Positions 53,944-64,000 of a stretch of 64,000 bases of DNA are shown here, one piece after another. Position 1 is the stretch's first letter; each line of letters starts with the position of its first letter. The position numbers and the translations under genes were made by a program. This DNA comes from a bacterium (GTDB lineage Bacteria; SM23-31). The notes beneath the pieces are model-generated. The model searched no databases. It was given only the letters and a program-made list of their open reading frames with translations, and was not told where the DNA came from. The stretch spans positions 1,568,001 to 1,632,000 of the forward strand of contig OZ252239.1 in the NCBI GenBank assembly GCA_965249485.1, read 5' to 3'.

Positions 53944-54151
53944 CTTGTACCTTTATACGCTATTATTGTTATGCAATCTCGTTTAAAGTACAATACACAT
54001 AGCATATTGTTTTTGTTCACTAAAATCCTTCGATTACATTTTTGAGTCACAAAATTTTTAGTTCTGCGAATCCGTTCTCTTATTTTTATATTGCTTTAAT
54101 GCAAAATGTTAAATAAATAGTAGAGCACTAACAGACTATATAGATAGGAGC

Positions 54152-56767
54152 TTGCAGATGACGTATGTAATCAGGAAATATTTAGTACTATTGTGCATTG
54201 CGGTTATTGTGACTGGAACTGTATCATTGTCTTTTAGTCAGATTACTCCACCCGAAAATTATCTCGGTTTTCAACCGGGTGACGATTTTCATTTAGCTAC
54301 TTATGAACAGTGGGTCGGCTATATGGAACTGCTCGCGTCAGAAACAAACCGATTGCAAGTGTTCGATATGGGACCGACAAGCGAAGGCCGGCAGATGAAA
54401 TATGCTGCAATTTCTTCCGAAGAAAATTTAGCGCATCTGGACCACTACAAGAATATTACGCGTACCCTGAGTCTTGCGCAAGGAATAACAGATGAAGAAG
54501 CGACGATGCTTGCAGCAGACGGGAAAGCGGTCGTGTGGATCGATAGCGGCATCCATTCAACTGAATCGTCACCGCCGGTACAGCAGTTTCAACTTGCCTA
54601 TGACCTTGTTACCGGATCTGACAGCGAGACGGAATATGTCAGAAATAATGTGATTTTATTGCTCTTAATTGCAAATCCTGATGGTATGACGCTGGTTGCT
54701 GATTGGTATGAAAAATATCTCGGTACGGAATTCGAAACCAGCAGACCACCAGTAATTTATCATAAATATGCCGGCCATGACAATAATCGGGATGCGTTTC
54801 TGGCAAACTTGCTCGAGACTCAAAATATGAATCGTTTGTCCGGAACAGTATGGTTTCCGGAGATCATATATGCGCAGCACGAACGGGCGCCTTTTCCTGC
54901 ACGGATATGGATACCACCGAATCCTGAACCGGTCAATCCCAATATTCATCCTTTAGTTACCAGATGGAAAAACCTCATCGGTGCAGCAATGGGGCAAAGA
55001 TTTGATGCACTGGATATGTCCGGTGTAATTTCGAGAATATCATTTGACCTCTGGTATCCTGGATACCTCGACGGACCAAGTGTGGAAGGGCACAATATCC
55101 CAACGATATTAACTGAGACAGCAAACTACGGATATGCAACACCACATTTTTATACGCTGAATGACTTTCCCGATGCATACAGGGATCTGACACCTGGCAC
55201 GTTTTACCCGCGGCCGTGGGAAGGGGGATGGTGGAGATTCAAGGATGCAGTCCAGTATAATCTGACTGCATCAAAAGCGGTTCTGGTCGTTGCCGCAAAA
55301 TACCGGTATGAACTGCTCTATAATAAATATAAAATAGCAAAAGATGTCATCGAAAAGTTCAGTAGTGAACCGCCTTATGGATGGATTGTTTCGTCCGAAC
55401 AAAATGATCCGGGCACAGTAGCGCTTTTTCTCAACAGACTAATTGAATTTGGCATTGAAGTTTACACTGCAGAAAATTCATTCAGTCAGAATGGCATATC
55501 CTATCCGAAGGGTTCGTATATTATTCCGACAAGCCAGTCGTTCGGTAGTTATGTTAAAATTCTTTTTGAGTCGCAGGAATATCCCGATCTTAGGAAATAT
55601 AGCCATCTCTGGCAGGGGATTTCGCGACTTGTAGAAATAGATGGTGCACCGCTCGTTCCCTATGACGGAGTAGGGTGGACGGTTCCTGTCCAGATGGGGA
55701 TCGATGCCGCAGTGATGGATACGCCACTCGATGTGACAGTAAGCAACGCAGCGGTAGCGCTGCTGCCAGCTGGCGGAGTGAGTGGAAACGGCCCCCAATA
55801 TATCTTGTCATCTGCAGTCAATAATAGTTTTCGTGCCGTTAATCTGATACTCAGCGAAGGAGGAACTGTTAGCCGTGCTTCGAGTGCTTTTACATTTCAT
55901 GACATGGAATATCCGGGAGGTTCATTCTTAATAGAATCAGGTTCACTGAATAAAAGCACACTCCAAACAATTGCATCTGAGACAAATATTACAATGATCG
56001 GAGGTCAGCCATCGATACAAAGCCGTCAAATATCTGCAAAGCGGATTGGTCTTTATAAACCATGGACTGCAAATATGGATGCCGGCTGGATTTCGTTGAT
56101 TTTTGAAAATTATGAATTTCCGTATGAATTTATTACCGATGCTGAGATAAGGGCGGGTAACCTGTATGAACGGTTTGATGTGATTATTCTGCCCGATCAG
56201 AGAGCGTCCTCAATTATTAACGGCAACGAAAAAGGGACATTACCTCCTGAATATGTCGGGGGAATTACCAAAGCTGGTGCGGATAATTTAAAATCTTTTG
56301 TAGTAAGCGGGGGTACATTGGTATGTCACAAATTATCTTCCCAGCTGCCCATTGAGGAGTTTGATCTGCCGGTAACTAATATCCTTCAAGGTGTCTCAGT
56401 GGACAGCTTTAATTGTCCGGGTTCTATCCTGAAAATGGATTACTCATCGGAAAGTTCTCTGACATTCGGAATACCCAAAGAAGGGATAGCCTTTTTTTCT
56501 CAAGGACTTGCATTTGAGATCGATGAGAATAGTTTTGGAGCAAATGACATTGATGAGAGTCTTTCTCCGAAAGTTGCTGCTTCGTATCCGGACGGCGATC
56601 TGCTCATAAGCGGTTGGATATTGGGAGAGGAGCTGATTCAGAACAGAGCCGCTATAGTGGAAGTGCCCTACGGCGATGGAATTATCTTTCTTTTAGGATT
56701 CAGCTCTCATAACCGCTCTCAAAGCTATGCAACGTTTAAATTGCTGTTTAATACAGTCTATTATTGA
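54152..56767 (+). CDS. M14 zinc carboxypeptidase-like protein
   Basis: IHSTE, NPDG and DNNRD motifs. Confidence 0.85.
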   Translation: MQMTYVIRKYLVLLCIAVIVTGTVSLSFSQITPPENYLGFQPGDDFHLATYEQWVGYMELLASETNRLQVFDMGPTSEGRQMKYAAISSEENLAHLDHYKNITRTLSLAQGITDEEATMLAADGKAVVWIDSGIHSTESSPPVQQFQLAYDLVTGSDSETEYVRNNVILLLLIANPDGMTLVADWYEKYLGTEFETSRPPVIYHKYAGHDNNRDAFLANLLETQNMNRLSGTVWFPEIIYAQHERAPFPARIWIPPNPEPVNPNIHPLVTRWKNLIGAAMGQRFDALDMSGVISRISFDLWYPGYLDGPSVEGHNIPTILTETANYGYATPHFYTLNDFPDAYRDLTPGTFYPRPWEGGWWRFKDAVQYNLTASKAVLVVAAKYRYELLYNKYKIAKDVIEKFSSEPPYGWIVSSEQNDPGTVALFLNRLIEFGIEVYTAENSFSQNGISYPKGSYIIPTSQSFGSYVKILFESQEYPDLRKYSHLWQGISRLVEIDGAPLVPYDGVGWTVPVQMGIDAAVMDTPLDVTVSNAAVALLPAGGVSGNGPQYILSSAVNNSFRAVNLILSEGGTVSRASSAFTFHDMEYPGGSFLIESGSLNKSTLQTIASETNITMIGGQPSIQSRQISAKRIGLYKPWTANMDAGWISLIFENYEFPYEFITDAEIRAGNLYERFDVIILPDQRASSIINGNEKGTLPPEYVGGITKAGADNLKSFVVSGGTLVCHKLSSQLPIEEFDLPVTNILQGVSVDSFNCPGSILKMDYSSESSLTFGIPKEGIAFFSQGLAFEIDENSFGANDIDESLSPKVAASYPDGDLLISGWILGEELIQNRAAIVEVPYGDGIIFLLGFSSHNRSQSYATFKLLFNTVYY

Positions 56768-57035
56768 AAAATTGGTGGAGTCAATGTAACTTGATTTTTT
56801 AAACTAGTATTCATAAAAAAAGGTAAAATGAACGCGAGAAATATACCTTGCATCTTACCCTATTTTTTCTCTTATTTGTGAGGTTCTGCCCAAAAACAGA
56901 AATGTGTTATTCGACAGATTATTCTTCTTACTTCAATATTTACAATTCCTTATATATGGTGTTCATTTTCTGATATGTCTCGTATTAAGATTGCCGGAGT
57001 GGCATGTTTCTGTTCAAAATTGATGAAGAGAGATA

Positions 57036-57932
57036 ATGATAAAAACATTACGTTTTGCTTGTGTTGCGATTTTAAGTTGTTTGATAATTGTTTATGCATG
57101 TAGTAATCAAAATCAATTATCAGAAACGAAAAATCTAACATCAAAAATTGTATTTCATTCGGAGCGAAACGGGAATTATGACGTTTTTATCATGGATACC
57201 GATGGTTCAAATCAGACACAACTGACGAGCGATCCCGGAAATGACCGTTTTCCTTCATTATCTCATGACGGCAAGACAATTTTGTTCCAATCAGATCGTG
57301 ATGGAACAAGTGCAATTTATAGTGTTAATGCCGACGGATCGAACGAGCGAATGCTCATTGCTTATTCCAAGGAAGACAACTACCCGAAGTTTTCGCCTGA
57401 CGGCTCTAAAATTGCTTTCTTCGCCCTGGTCGGGGAAAATTTCGAAATAATCGTTATGAATGCCGACGGGTCAAAACCGGTCAATATTACAAATAATCCC
57501 GCAAATGATGAATCGCCAACATGGTCTCCAGACGGTTTGGAACTTGTGTTTCAGTCTGATAGGGACGGCGTCTACACAATTTTTAGAACGAATATTGACG
57601 GATCAAATCAGATTAAAGTCGTTGACAGCCCCTACCAAAATGAAAATCCTTCGTGGTCGTTTGACGGTTCTTACGTTGCATATCATTCGTACCGTCATGA
57701 TACGGCAGTAATCGTTGCTGTCGATATTTCAGGCGAAAAAGAAAGGGAAGTTTCTTCCAGCACAACTGCAAGCTCTTCACCGTCGTGGTCGAGTGACGGA
57801 ACACGTATTGTGTTTGACTCGAACCGGGATGGCGATTTTGAGATCTATTCAACGAATGCGGATGGCTCGGACATTCATCGGTTGACCAATTCTCCCGGTG
57901 AAGATGCAGGTGCATTCTGGTCACGGTTTTAA
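57036..57932 (+). CDS. TolB-like PD40-repeat lipoprotein
   Basis: Repeated P.WSPDG..I.F.S.RDG. Confidence 0.9.
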   Translation: MIKTLRFACVAILSCLIIVYACSNQNQLSETKNLTSKIVFHSERNGNYDVFIMDTDGSNQTQLTSDPGNDRFPSLSHDGKTILFQSDRDGTSAIYSVNADGSNERMLIAYSKEDNYPKFSPDGSKIAFFALVGENFEIIVMNADGSKPVNITNNPANDESPTWSPDGLELVFQSDRDGVYTIFRTNIDGSNQIKVVDSPYQNENPSWSFDGSYVAYHSYRHDTAVIVAVDISGEKEREVSSSTTASSSPSWSSDGTRIVFDSNRDGDFEIYSTNADGSDIHRLTNSPGEDAGAFWSRF

Positions 57933-58129
57933 TTTTTCTTACATATAATGTTTCTGCGCAAAATAAAAATATATGTAATGATTCTGATTTGGTGGACATC
58001 TGGCCTTTAGCCGTTTAGTTCACGCATTATTGATATCTATTATGCGTAATAGTTATTTAGGAATTAATATTATGTATCATGTGTTCTATTATTGGATTGT
58101 ATGTATGATTAAAATGAGGAAATACATAT

Positions 58130-58975
58130 ATGGATTTGATTCATGCGGAATTAAGTTCAAAGGATATGCTGGCACCGTACCTCGGAATTTTTAAATTTAA
58201 GCCTGAAAAACATATTGATTTTTTACCGGGGCAGTATGTGACGCTCGGAATCCGGAGAAAAGGTCTCACCGGGCCTGGAGTGAAAGAAAAGGACGGGATC
58301 GGCATGGTGTTGCGGCCGTACTCGGTAGCATCTTCTCCGGATGAGGAAGTAATTGAGCTGATAGTAACCTGGGTCCAACGGGAAGGCAGGCGGCTCGATG
58401 AGTGGGGTGTATTGACGTCTGAACTGTTTCAACCACAGCCAGGGCAGGAGTATGTGTTTTTTCCGAGGCCGAAAGGGAAGTTTTTGCTGCCTGAAGACAA
58501 AAGGGACGTCATCATGGTTGCTACCGGTACAGGAATAGCACCATTTATAAGCATATTACGGGATGCTCATTCTAAATCGCCTGACAGGCGTTATATTATT
58601 ATTCACGGTGTATCGAGACACTCCGATTTTGCATACAAAGAAGAGTTGACGAGCTATAAGGACCGGAACGTCCACTACGTACGGACAATTTCGAGAGAGC
58701 CATGTGATGAATGCGAGAGCCATTATGTCGAGGAGTATTTCTTAAATAGAAACGGAGCATCAGGCAGGCTATCGATGGAAGAAGTGGAAAATGCTGTGAA
58801 TAATGGACACACTGATAACACAAAAATTGATAACATATTAGGAAAATCACTTGCATCCGAAAGTGCCACGATCATGCTGTGTGGTAATCCTGCTATGATA
58901 GAGCACATTAAGTTCATAGCAGAAGACAAACAATTCCACGTGCATCAAGACCTCATCGTCGAATCGTACTGGTAG
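58130..58975 (+). CDS. fpr: Ferredoxin/flavodoxin-NADP+ reductase
   Basis: PGQY, RPYS, ATGTGIAPF, CGNPAM and terminal ESYW. Confidence 0.85.
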   Translation: MDLIHAELSSKDMLAPYLGIFKFKPEKHIDFLPGQYVTLGIRRKGLTGPGVKEKDGIGMVLRPYSVASSPDEEVIELIVTWVQREGRRLDEWGVLTSELFQPQPGQEYVFFPRPKGKFLLPEDKRDVIMVATGTGIAPFISILRDAHSKSPDRRYIIIHGVSRHSDFAYKEELTSYKDRNVHYVRTISREPCDECESHYVEEYFLNRNGASGRLSMEEVENAVNNGHTDNTKIDNILGKSLASESATIMLCGNPAMIEHIKFIAEDKQFHVHQDLIVESYW

Positions 58976-59356
58976 CATTGGATCAATGACTTTAACATTT
59001 ACAGAAGGATTTTTGATTTTGGTGTAATTGTGAATCTGATTAACGAAATTATCGAATTGCATTTCATAGTATAATTGCTTATATTTATTGTAGTTAATAG
59101 AAGAATAAATTTAGATTATTCAATAGCTTCAAAACTTTCTGTAAGCAATTTGTGATGCATCTTTGAGATCGCCATCACAAGAATTCCAATCTCGCTGTAA
59201 AGCGGGTTTTTTTTGCCTGCTGCGCGAATAATACAAAAGAAAATTTTCTATGCGATATAAGCTTATTGGATCGGCCACAGTGATTCGGAATCGGTAGAAA
59301 ACAGCAATGCATTAGATAATATTTTGTATCCGGCTCCATTTTGTTTTATGGACTAA

Positions 59357-60796
59357 ATGATGAATATAGAAAACCATTCTGTTACAATTGACACAATGTT
59401 TGCTGAGTTCAGAAACGTGTATTCTGAGTTTGACAGTACTAAAATCTTAGACAAAATTCGGTCTTCCGAATACAGCAGTCTCGATAAACAGCATCATGTA
59501 TATCTCGATTATACGGGAGGGGGTCTTTATGCCGACCGGCAAATCGAAGAACACAGCGAGATGCTTCGGAACAACATTTTCGGCAATCCCCATTCGCTCA
59601 ATCCTGCTTCCGCGGCAATGACACGGAATGTTGAACAGGCGCGAGAATATATTCTCAGATTTTTCAATGCCTCACCGGATGAATACAGTGCAATTTTTAC
59701 TAAGAATGCAAGTGGTGCGCTGAAACATATCGGCGAATCATATCCTTTCGAGAAAAACGGAAAATTTCTTCTCACATTCGACAATCATAATTCAGTTAAC
59801 GGTATCCGAGAATATGCACGTGTGCACGATGCTCCTGTTGATTACATACCCCTGACACTGCCTGAAATGCGTGTCGAAGAATCGACATTGGATGATTTTC
59901 TCAAGACGGCGATTCCGAGTGGAAACAATCTTTTTGCCTATCCCGCACAGTCTAATTTTTCCGGTGTTCAGCATCCACTTGATTGGATAGAAAAAGCGCA
60001 AGCACAGGGCTGGGATGTTGTGCTCGATGCAGCCGCATTTGCAGCGACAAACCGGTTGGACCTGAGCCGGTGGAAAGCCGATTTTGTGCCCGTCTCATTT
60101 TATAAAATTTGCGGTTATCCAACCGGGATAGGCTGTCTTATAGCACGTCGGAAATCCCTGAAGAAGCTGCGCCGCCCCTGGTTTGCCGGTGGAACAATCA
60201 CCGTCGCATCGGTACAGGGTGGCTCCTATTACCTTGCCGAAGGTGAAGCAGCGTTTGAAGACGGCACCTTAAATTATCTCTCGATACCAGCCGTAGAACA
60301 GGGTTTGAAGCTTATCGATGAGATCGGTGTCGAAACAATTCACACAAGAGTTACCTGTCTGATCGGATGGCTGCTTCGGACACTGCAAGAGTTGCATCAC
60401 TCCAATGGTAAACCGCTGGTACGACTCTATGGACCAGCGTCCACAAACATGCGGGGTGGTACGGTTACCATGAATTTCTACGATCCTGAAGGGAAATTTA
60501 TAGACCACCTCATTATAGAAAAACGGGCAAGTGAAGCCATGATCTCTCTTCGAACAGGGTGTTTTTGCAATCCCGGTGGCGGAGAAATAGCACTTGGAAT
60601 ATCCAAACCGGAATTGATTGCCTGCTTCAGCCAACCTCAGGACTTAACCTTTGACGATTTTCGGCTCTGCATTGATGGTAAAAGTACTGGTGCCGTCCGT
60701 GTCTCTTTCGGAATTGTCAGTAATTTTGCTGATGCCTTCCGCTTTATTCAATTCGCCGAACTTTTTATCGATAAACCCGCCGAAAACTTTTCATGA
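59357..60796 (+). CDS. Class V PLP enzyme, MoCo-sulfurase-like
   Basis: YLDYTG, GNPHS, PAQSNFSG, SFYK..GYPTG, FEDGT and LRTGCFCNPG motifs. Confidence 0.8.
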   Translation: MMNIENHSVTIDTMFAEFRNVYSEFDSTKILDKIRSSEYSSLDKQHHVYLDYTGGGLYADRQIEEHSEMLRNNIFGNPHSLNPASAAMTRNVEQAREYILRFFNASPDEYSAIFTKNASGALKHIGESYPFEKNGKFLLTFDNHNSVNGIREYARVHDAPVDYIPLTLPEMRVEESTLDDFLKTAIPSGNNLFAYPAQSNFSGVQHPLDWIEKAQAQGWDVVLDAAAFAATNRLDLSRWKADFVPVSFYKICGYPTGIGCLIARRKSLKKLRRPWFAGGTITVASVQGGSYYLAEGEAAFEDGTLNYLSIPAVEQGLKLIDEIGVETIHTRVTCLIGWLLRTLQELHHSNGKPLVRLYGPASTNMRGGTVTMNFYDPEGKFIDHLIIEKRASEAMISLRTGCFCNPGGGEIALGISKPELIACFSQPQDLTFDDFRLCIDGKSTGAVRVSFGIVSNFADAFRFIQFAELFIDKPAENFS

Positions 60797-60987
60797 TTGC
60801 ATCCGGGATAATTATTCCAACTATATCCTGCCAACAAACCATACAGAGTAATAATTTCGATAAAAAATATGCCGTTATTGCCTAAGAATACACTACCTTA
60901 TGTTGTTATTGACATCCATTGTCAAAAATTCCATTAATATGACAAATAAACCATAGAACTGTTAAATATTACACGGGAGAATTTAGC

Positions 60988-61878
60988 ATGACATATAACA
61001 AAGGTTTTTGCATAATCTTATCATGTTTCTTAGTCTTAGGAGCATGCAGTTCAGGGGAAATGGGATCTAATAGTGCTGCTTCTGATGAATCCGGTCTTTT
61101 GGGAGGCGCCATCCTGAAATCCCCGATTGGTGATGTGCCCGATGATTTGTACATGGAAACCGACGTCACTCCAACAGATGAATACAGACCTTTCACCAAA
61201 AAGCTGACTGTCTATGGTTTGACCCTGATTGGCCGAGATGATATTTCCGACGATTTTATGCGTCAAGTCGCCAAAACCATCAAAGAAATTTTTCCACAAA
61301 ATGATAGCATGGACTCTGCAATGCAGGAGGATCTGATCAGAAATATGTACGAACGCAATGCTGTGATTCCTCTCTTCCTCGGAGAAAACTTCGATATGTC
61401 TCCAGAAGATGAGGCGGTATTTGATATCACAAGAAACCGGAACAGTGTGTGCGATATTATCATGAAGGATGTACCCGGGCAGGTGATGGAGGTTGTTGAG
61501 CATATTCTTCACTATGTGAACGATACGGGATTACACTTCTCCTATCCCGAGCGATGGGGTGTCACAAAGGATTCACAGTTCTATCAGATGATGCTGGAGG
61601 CAGGTGAGAAGGGATTTTACGATTACGGATCGTATGATGATATTGAAGATGAAGAGACCCGTATTCGTGTCGCACTGCAGGAATTCGGATATTGGATCAT
61701 CTCTACCGCATGGAACCTTCAGGAGCCGTATGGCCCCCGAGAAACGTCCGAATGGACAATTAGGAATGCTGCCGAAATGCAGGAAAAATTCCCGACAATG
61801 TATCAGCTCTATGAAGAGACCGTTGCAACAATCATGGTAGCACCCAGTATCGAGACACTCGAAGAGTTTGTCAATTAA
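60988..61878 (+). CDS. Hypothetical lipoprotein
   Basis: Lipobox LGAC; EHILH may be a metal-binding motif. Confidence 0.75.
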   Translation: MTYNKGFCIILSCFLVLGACSSGEMGSNSAASDESGLLGGAILKSPIGDVPDDLYMETDVTPTDEYRPFTKKLTVYGLTLIGRDDISDDFMRQVAKTIKEIFPQNDSMDSAMQEDLIRNMYERNAVIPLFLGENFDMSPEDEAVFDITRNRNSVCDIIMKDVPGQVMEVVEHILHYVNDTGLHFSYPERWGVTKDSQFYQMMLEAGEKGFYDYGSYDDIEDEETRIRVALQEFGYWIISTAWNLQEPYGPRETSEWTIRNAAEMQEKFPTMYQLYEETVATIMVAPSIETLEEFVN

Positions 61879-61949
61879 CTATACGCCACACTTTAGCTCT
61901 AAACACTTTTTACGCTTAGCTATGTTGTGGCAGCAGCGGTGATTTATTA

Positions 61950-61987
61950 TTAAGAGGACTTACGTTTGAATACGTAAGTCCTCTTAA
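61950..61987. terminator. Perfect inverted repeat / terminator
   Basis: TTAAGAGGACTTACGT...ACGTAAGTCCTCTTAA. Confidence 0.7.
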
Positions 61988-62185
61988 TATATGCCGTGGG
62001 TCATGTCTATGCCAGTTTCATCCATGAGGGATTCTGCTTGAACCCTTAACAGTCACAAAATCTATGAAAGCATTATGAAATGTCATACAAACTTATTATT
62101 TTACTAAAGATAATACTTGTGCAGGTTACACAGACAAATTGGTAATGCCGTTGTGATCTGATTCCGGCTCAACTGAAGAAAGATT

Positions 62186-62971
62186 ATGAATGTAATAAAA
62201 AAATATTACGTATTACTACTATTGTTGTGTAGTATTGTAATGACGGCTGCTGGTCCTGCCGAATCTTTTCAACAGTTTCCTGAATACCGCGGGCTGATCA
62301 ACGATTTTGCCGGTGTTCTGTCGCCCGGTGTGGTGCAGAGTATGGAGCAAATCGCAATTGAGCTGGAACAGAAAACAGGCGCAGCGGTTGTTGTTGTCAC
62401 GATGGAAACTATTGACGGTGAAGATGAAACCGATTATGCCAACAAGCTATTTGAAGCATGGGGCATCGGCCAAAAGGGCGTTGACAAGGGCGTTCTGATA
62501 CTCGATGTGGTAGATATCCGGCGGATCAGGATTGAAATTGGCTATGGACTTGAGGGTATCATCCCCGACGGTCTTGCGGGCGAAATTCGCGACCGGTACA
62601 TGGTTCCGTATCTCAGTAACGACGATTTCGATAACGGTCTCGAACAGGGTTTTGCCGCTGTTGTAAGCATTATAGCGGAAGATGCAGGTGTCACACTCAC
62701 GGGCATGCCGGCACGGTCAGGACTGTCCGGAAGCAAGCAATCAGGGAGGAGCCGGATACGAGGCATAGTTCCCCTTTTATTATTTATATTATTTATGATC
62801 TTTGGACGCCGGCGCCGTGGTGGCATGCTTCCATTACTGCTCATGGGCAGCATGATGGGTGGTGGACGCAGCTGGGGAGGTGGTGGTTTTGGTGGGGGTT
62901 TTGGTGGTGGATTCGGAGGAGGTTTTGGCGGGGGTCTCAGCGGAGGTGGTGGAGCAGGTGGAAGCTATTGA
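62186..62971 (+). CDS. TPM-domain (YgcG-like) protein
   Basis: NDFAGVL, WGIG and IEIGYGLEG motifs; Gly-rich tail. Confidence 0.9.
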   Translation: MNVIKKYYVLLLLLCSIVMTAAGPAESFQQFPEYRGLINDFAGVLSPGVVQSMEQIAIELEQKTGAAVVVVTMETIDGEDETDYANKLFEAWGIGQKGVDKGVLILDVVDIRRIRIEIGYGLEGIIPDGLAGEIRDRYMVPYLSNDDFDNGLEQGFAAVVSIIAEDAGVTLTGMPARSGLSGSKQSGRSRIRGIVPLLLFILFMIFGRRRRGGMLPLLLMGSMMGGGRSWGGGGFGGGFGGGFGGGFGGGLSGGGGAGGSY

Positions 62972-63032
62972 CGCTTCCATTTGCCGGTTGCGATTGATTT
63001 TTTATATAATATTTTTTGAAGAGGGTACATTC

Positions 63033-63767
63033 ATGGCGAAGATACCGGGAAAACCGGACGAAATATTTGAAGAGTTTGAGAACGATTTTAAAGGTCTTTT
63101 TGGCGACGATCTTGTTTCTGTGATCCTCTACGGGTCTGCCGCGCGCGGTAAATATGTTCCGAAAAAGTCAGACATAAATTTTCTGATCGTTCTGACCGAT
63201 GAGGGTATCGAGCGGTTCCATTCTGCACAGCCACTTGCCAAAAAATGGAAGAAACGGAAGGTTTCAATTCCACTTTTCCTGACGGAAGACTACATCAATA
63301 GTTCGCTTGACTCGTTTCCGATAGAGTTTTTGAATATATCGAGTTATTATAAGGTGATTTTCGGCAGGGATATTTTCGAAAAAATCGAAATCGGCAAGAA
63401 CGATCTCCGGCTCCAGCTTGAACGGGAGATGAAAGGGAAACTACTGAACCTCAGACAGGCATATTTTCAGGGGGCTGGCAATCCGAAAGCAGCATCTGTG
63501 CTGATCCACGATTCTCTCGGTGCATTTCTTTCACTGTTTCCCGCGATTCTGACCGTAAAGAATGAACAATTGTCTGCCGATCCATTGGAAAACATAAAGA
63601 AAGTCGCGCAGTTGTTCGAACTCAATATTAATTTGCTCGAACGGCTCTACCGCATACGGACCGGACAGGAAAAACTGAAAAAAGCAGAATCGGATGAAGT
63701 GCTGCGGCAATATATAAAGCAGATCCGGTCGCTTGCACTTCAGACCGATGCGCTGTACGTGCATTAA
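63033..63767 (+). CDS. Nucleotidyltransferase-domain protein
   Basis: LYGSAARG...SDIN and DSFPIEF motifs. Confidence 0.8.
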   Translation: MAKIPGKPDEIFEEFENDFKGLFGDDLVSVILYGSAARGKYVPKKSDINFLIVLTDEGIERFHSAQPLAKKWKKRKVSIPLFLTEDYINSSLDSFPIEFLNISSYYKVIFGRDIFEKIEIGKNDLRLQLEREMKGKLLNLRQAYFQGAGNPKAASVLIHDSLGAFLSLFPAILTVKNEQLSADPLENIKKVAQLFELNINLLERLYRIRTGQEKLKKAESDEVLRQYIKQIRSLALQTDALYVH

Positions 63768-63802
63768 TAATGTTATGAGTTTTTAATCAAAGGAGTTGTA
63801 CA

Positions 63803-64000
63803 ATGTCAGCAAAGAAAATAATTATTGGAATACTGGTCTTTATCGTGATTGTCGGTATTTGGTCTGCTTCTTCCCTGAAAAATACATATAACACCCTTGT
63901 CGTACTCGATGAGGGTACGCAGACAGCCTGGTCGCAGGTCGAAACGGTGCTCCAGCGGCGGTTCGATCTCATTCCCAATCTGGTAGAAACAGTAAAAGGA
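63803..64000 (+). CDS. lemA: LemA family protein, 3'-truncated by window edge
   Basis: YNTLV...[23 protein letters not shown]. Confidence 0.9.
   Translation, partial: MSAKKIIIGILVFIVIVGIWSASSLKNTYNTLVVLDEGTQTAWSQVETVLQRRFDLIPNLVETVKG

Noticed and set aside
1..64000. Alternative genetic code with TGA reassigned
   Set aside because: Several genes end normally at TGA (e.g. 2458, 20400, 60796), and long ORFs are intact under code 11

Overview
The window has two parts. (1) About 1-15.8 kb is the right arm of an AT-rich temperate prophage. In order it carries the end of a repeat-rich tail-fibre gene, a DUF5675 lysis-type gene, a ~10 kb mosaic accessory (moron) region, a cI/cro switch, an excisionase, and a tyrosine integrase whose first catalytic Arg is replaced by Leu. 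The accessory region is built from repeated modules (secreted SNase nuclease + 99-aa partner + sigma70 promoter + variable cargo). Its cargo includes hicBA, an IS1595/ISNwi-like remnant carrying a Hpy99I-like R-M pair, DUF2335 pairs, a SAM methyltransferase and a candidate ~250-nt structured RNA. (2) About 15.8-64 kb is host chromosome of a Gram-negative, probably FCB-group bacterium (inferred from a T9SS/FlgD-type C-terminal domain). It holds redox repair genes (msrA, msrB), transporters, peptidases, iorAB, a decayed chemotaxis cluster, a MoCo-sulfurase-like gene and TPM/NTase/lemA. The standout host feature is an unannotated selenoprotein. The LVIVD-repeat ORF at 42816 reads through an in-frame TGA (44262) at the first Cys position of a thioredoxin W-U-x-x-C motif. 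A SECIS-like hairpin follows, and the frame continues to a secretion-type C-terminal domain. It sits in an operon with two further TlpA redoxins and a Cys-tailed outer-membrane barrel. All family calls come from motif recognition by eye; no database searches were run.
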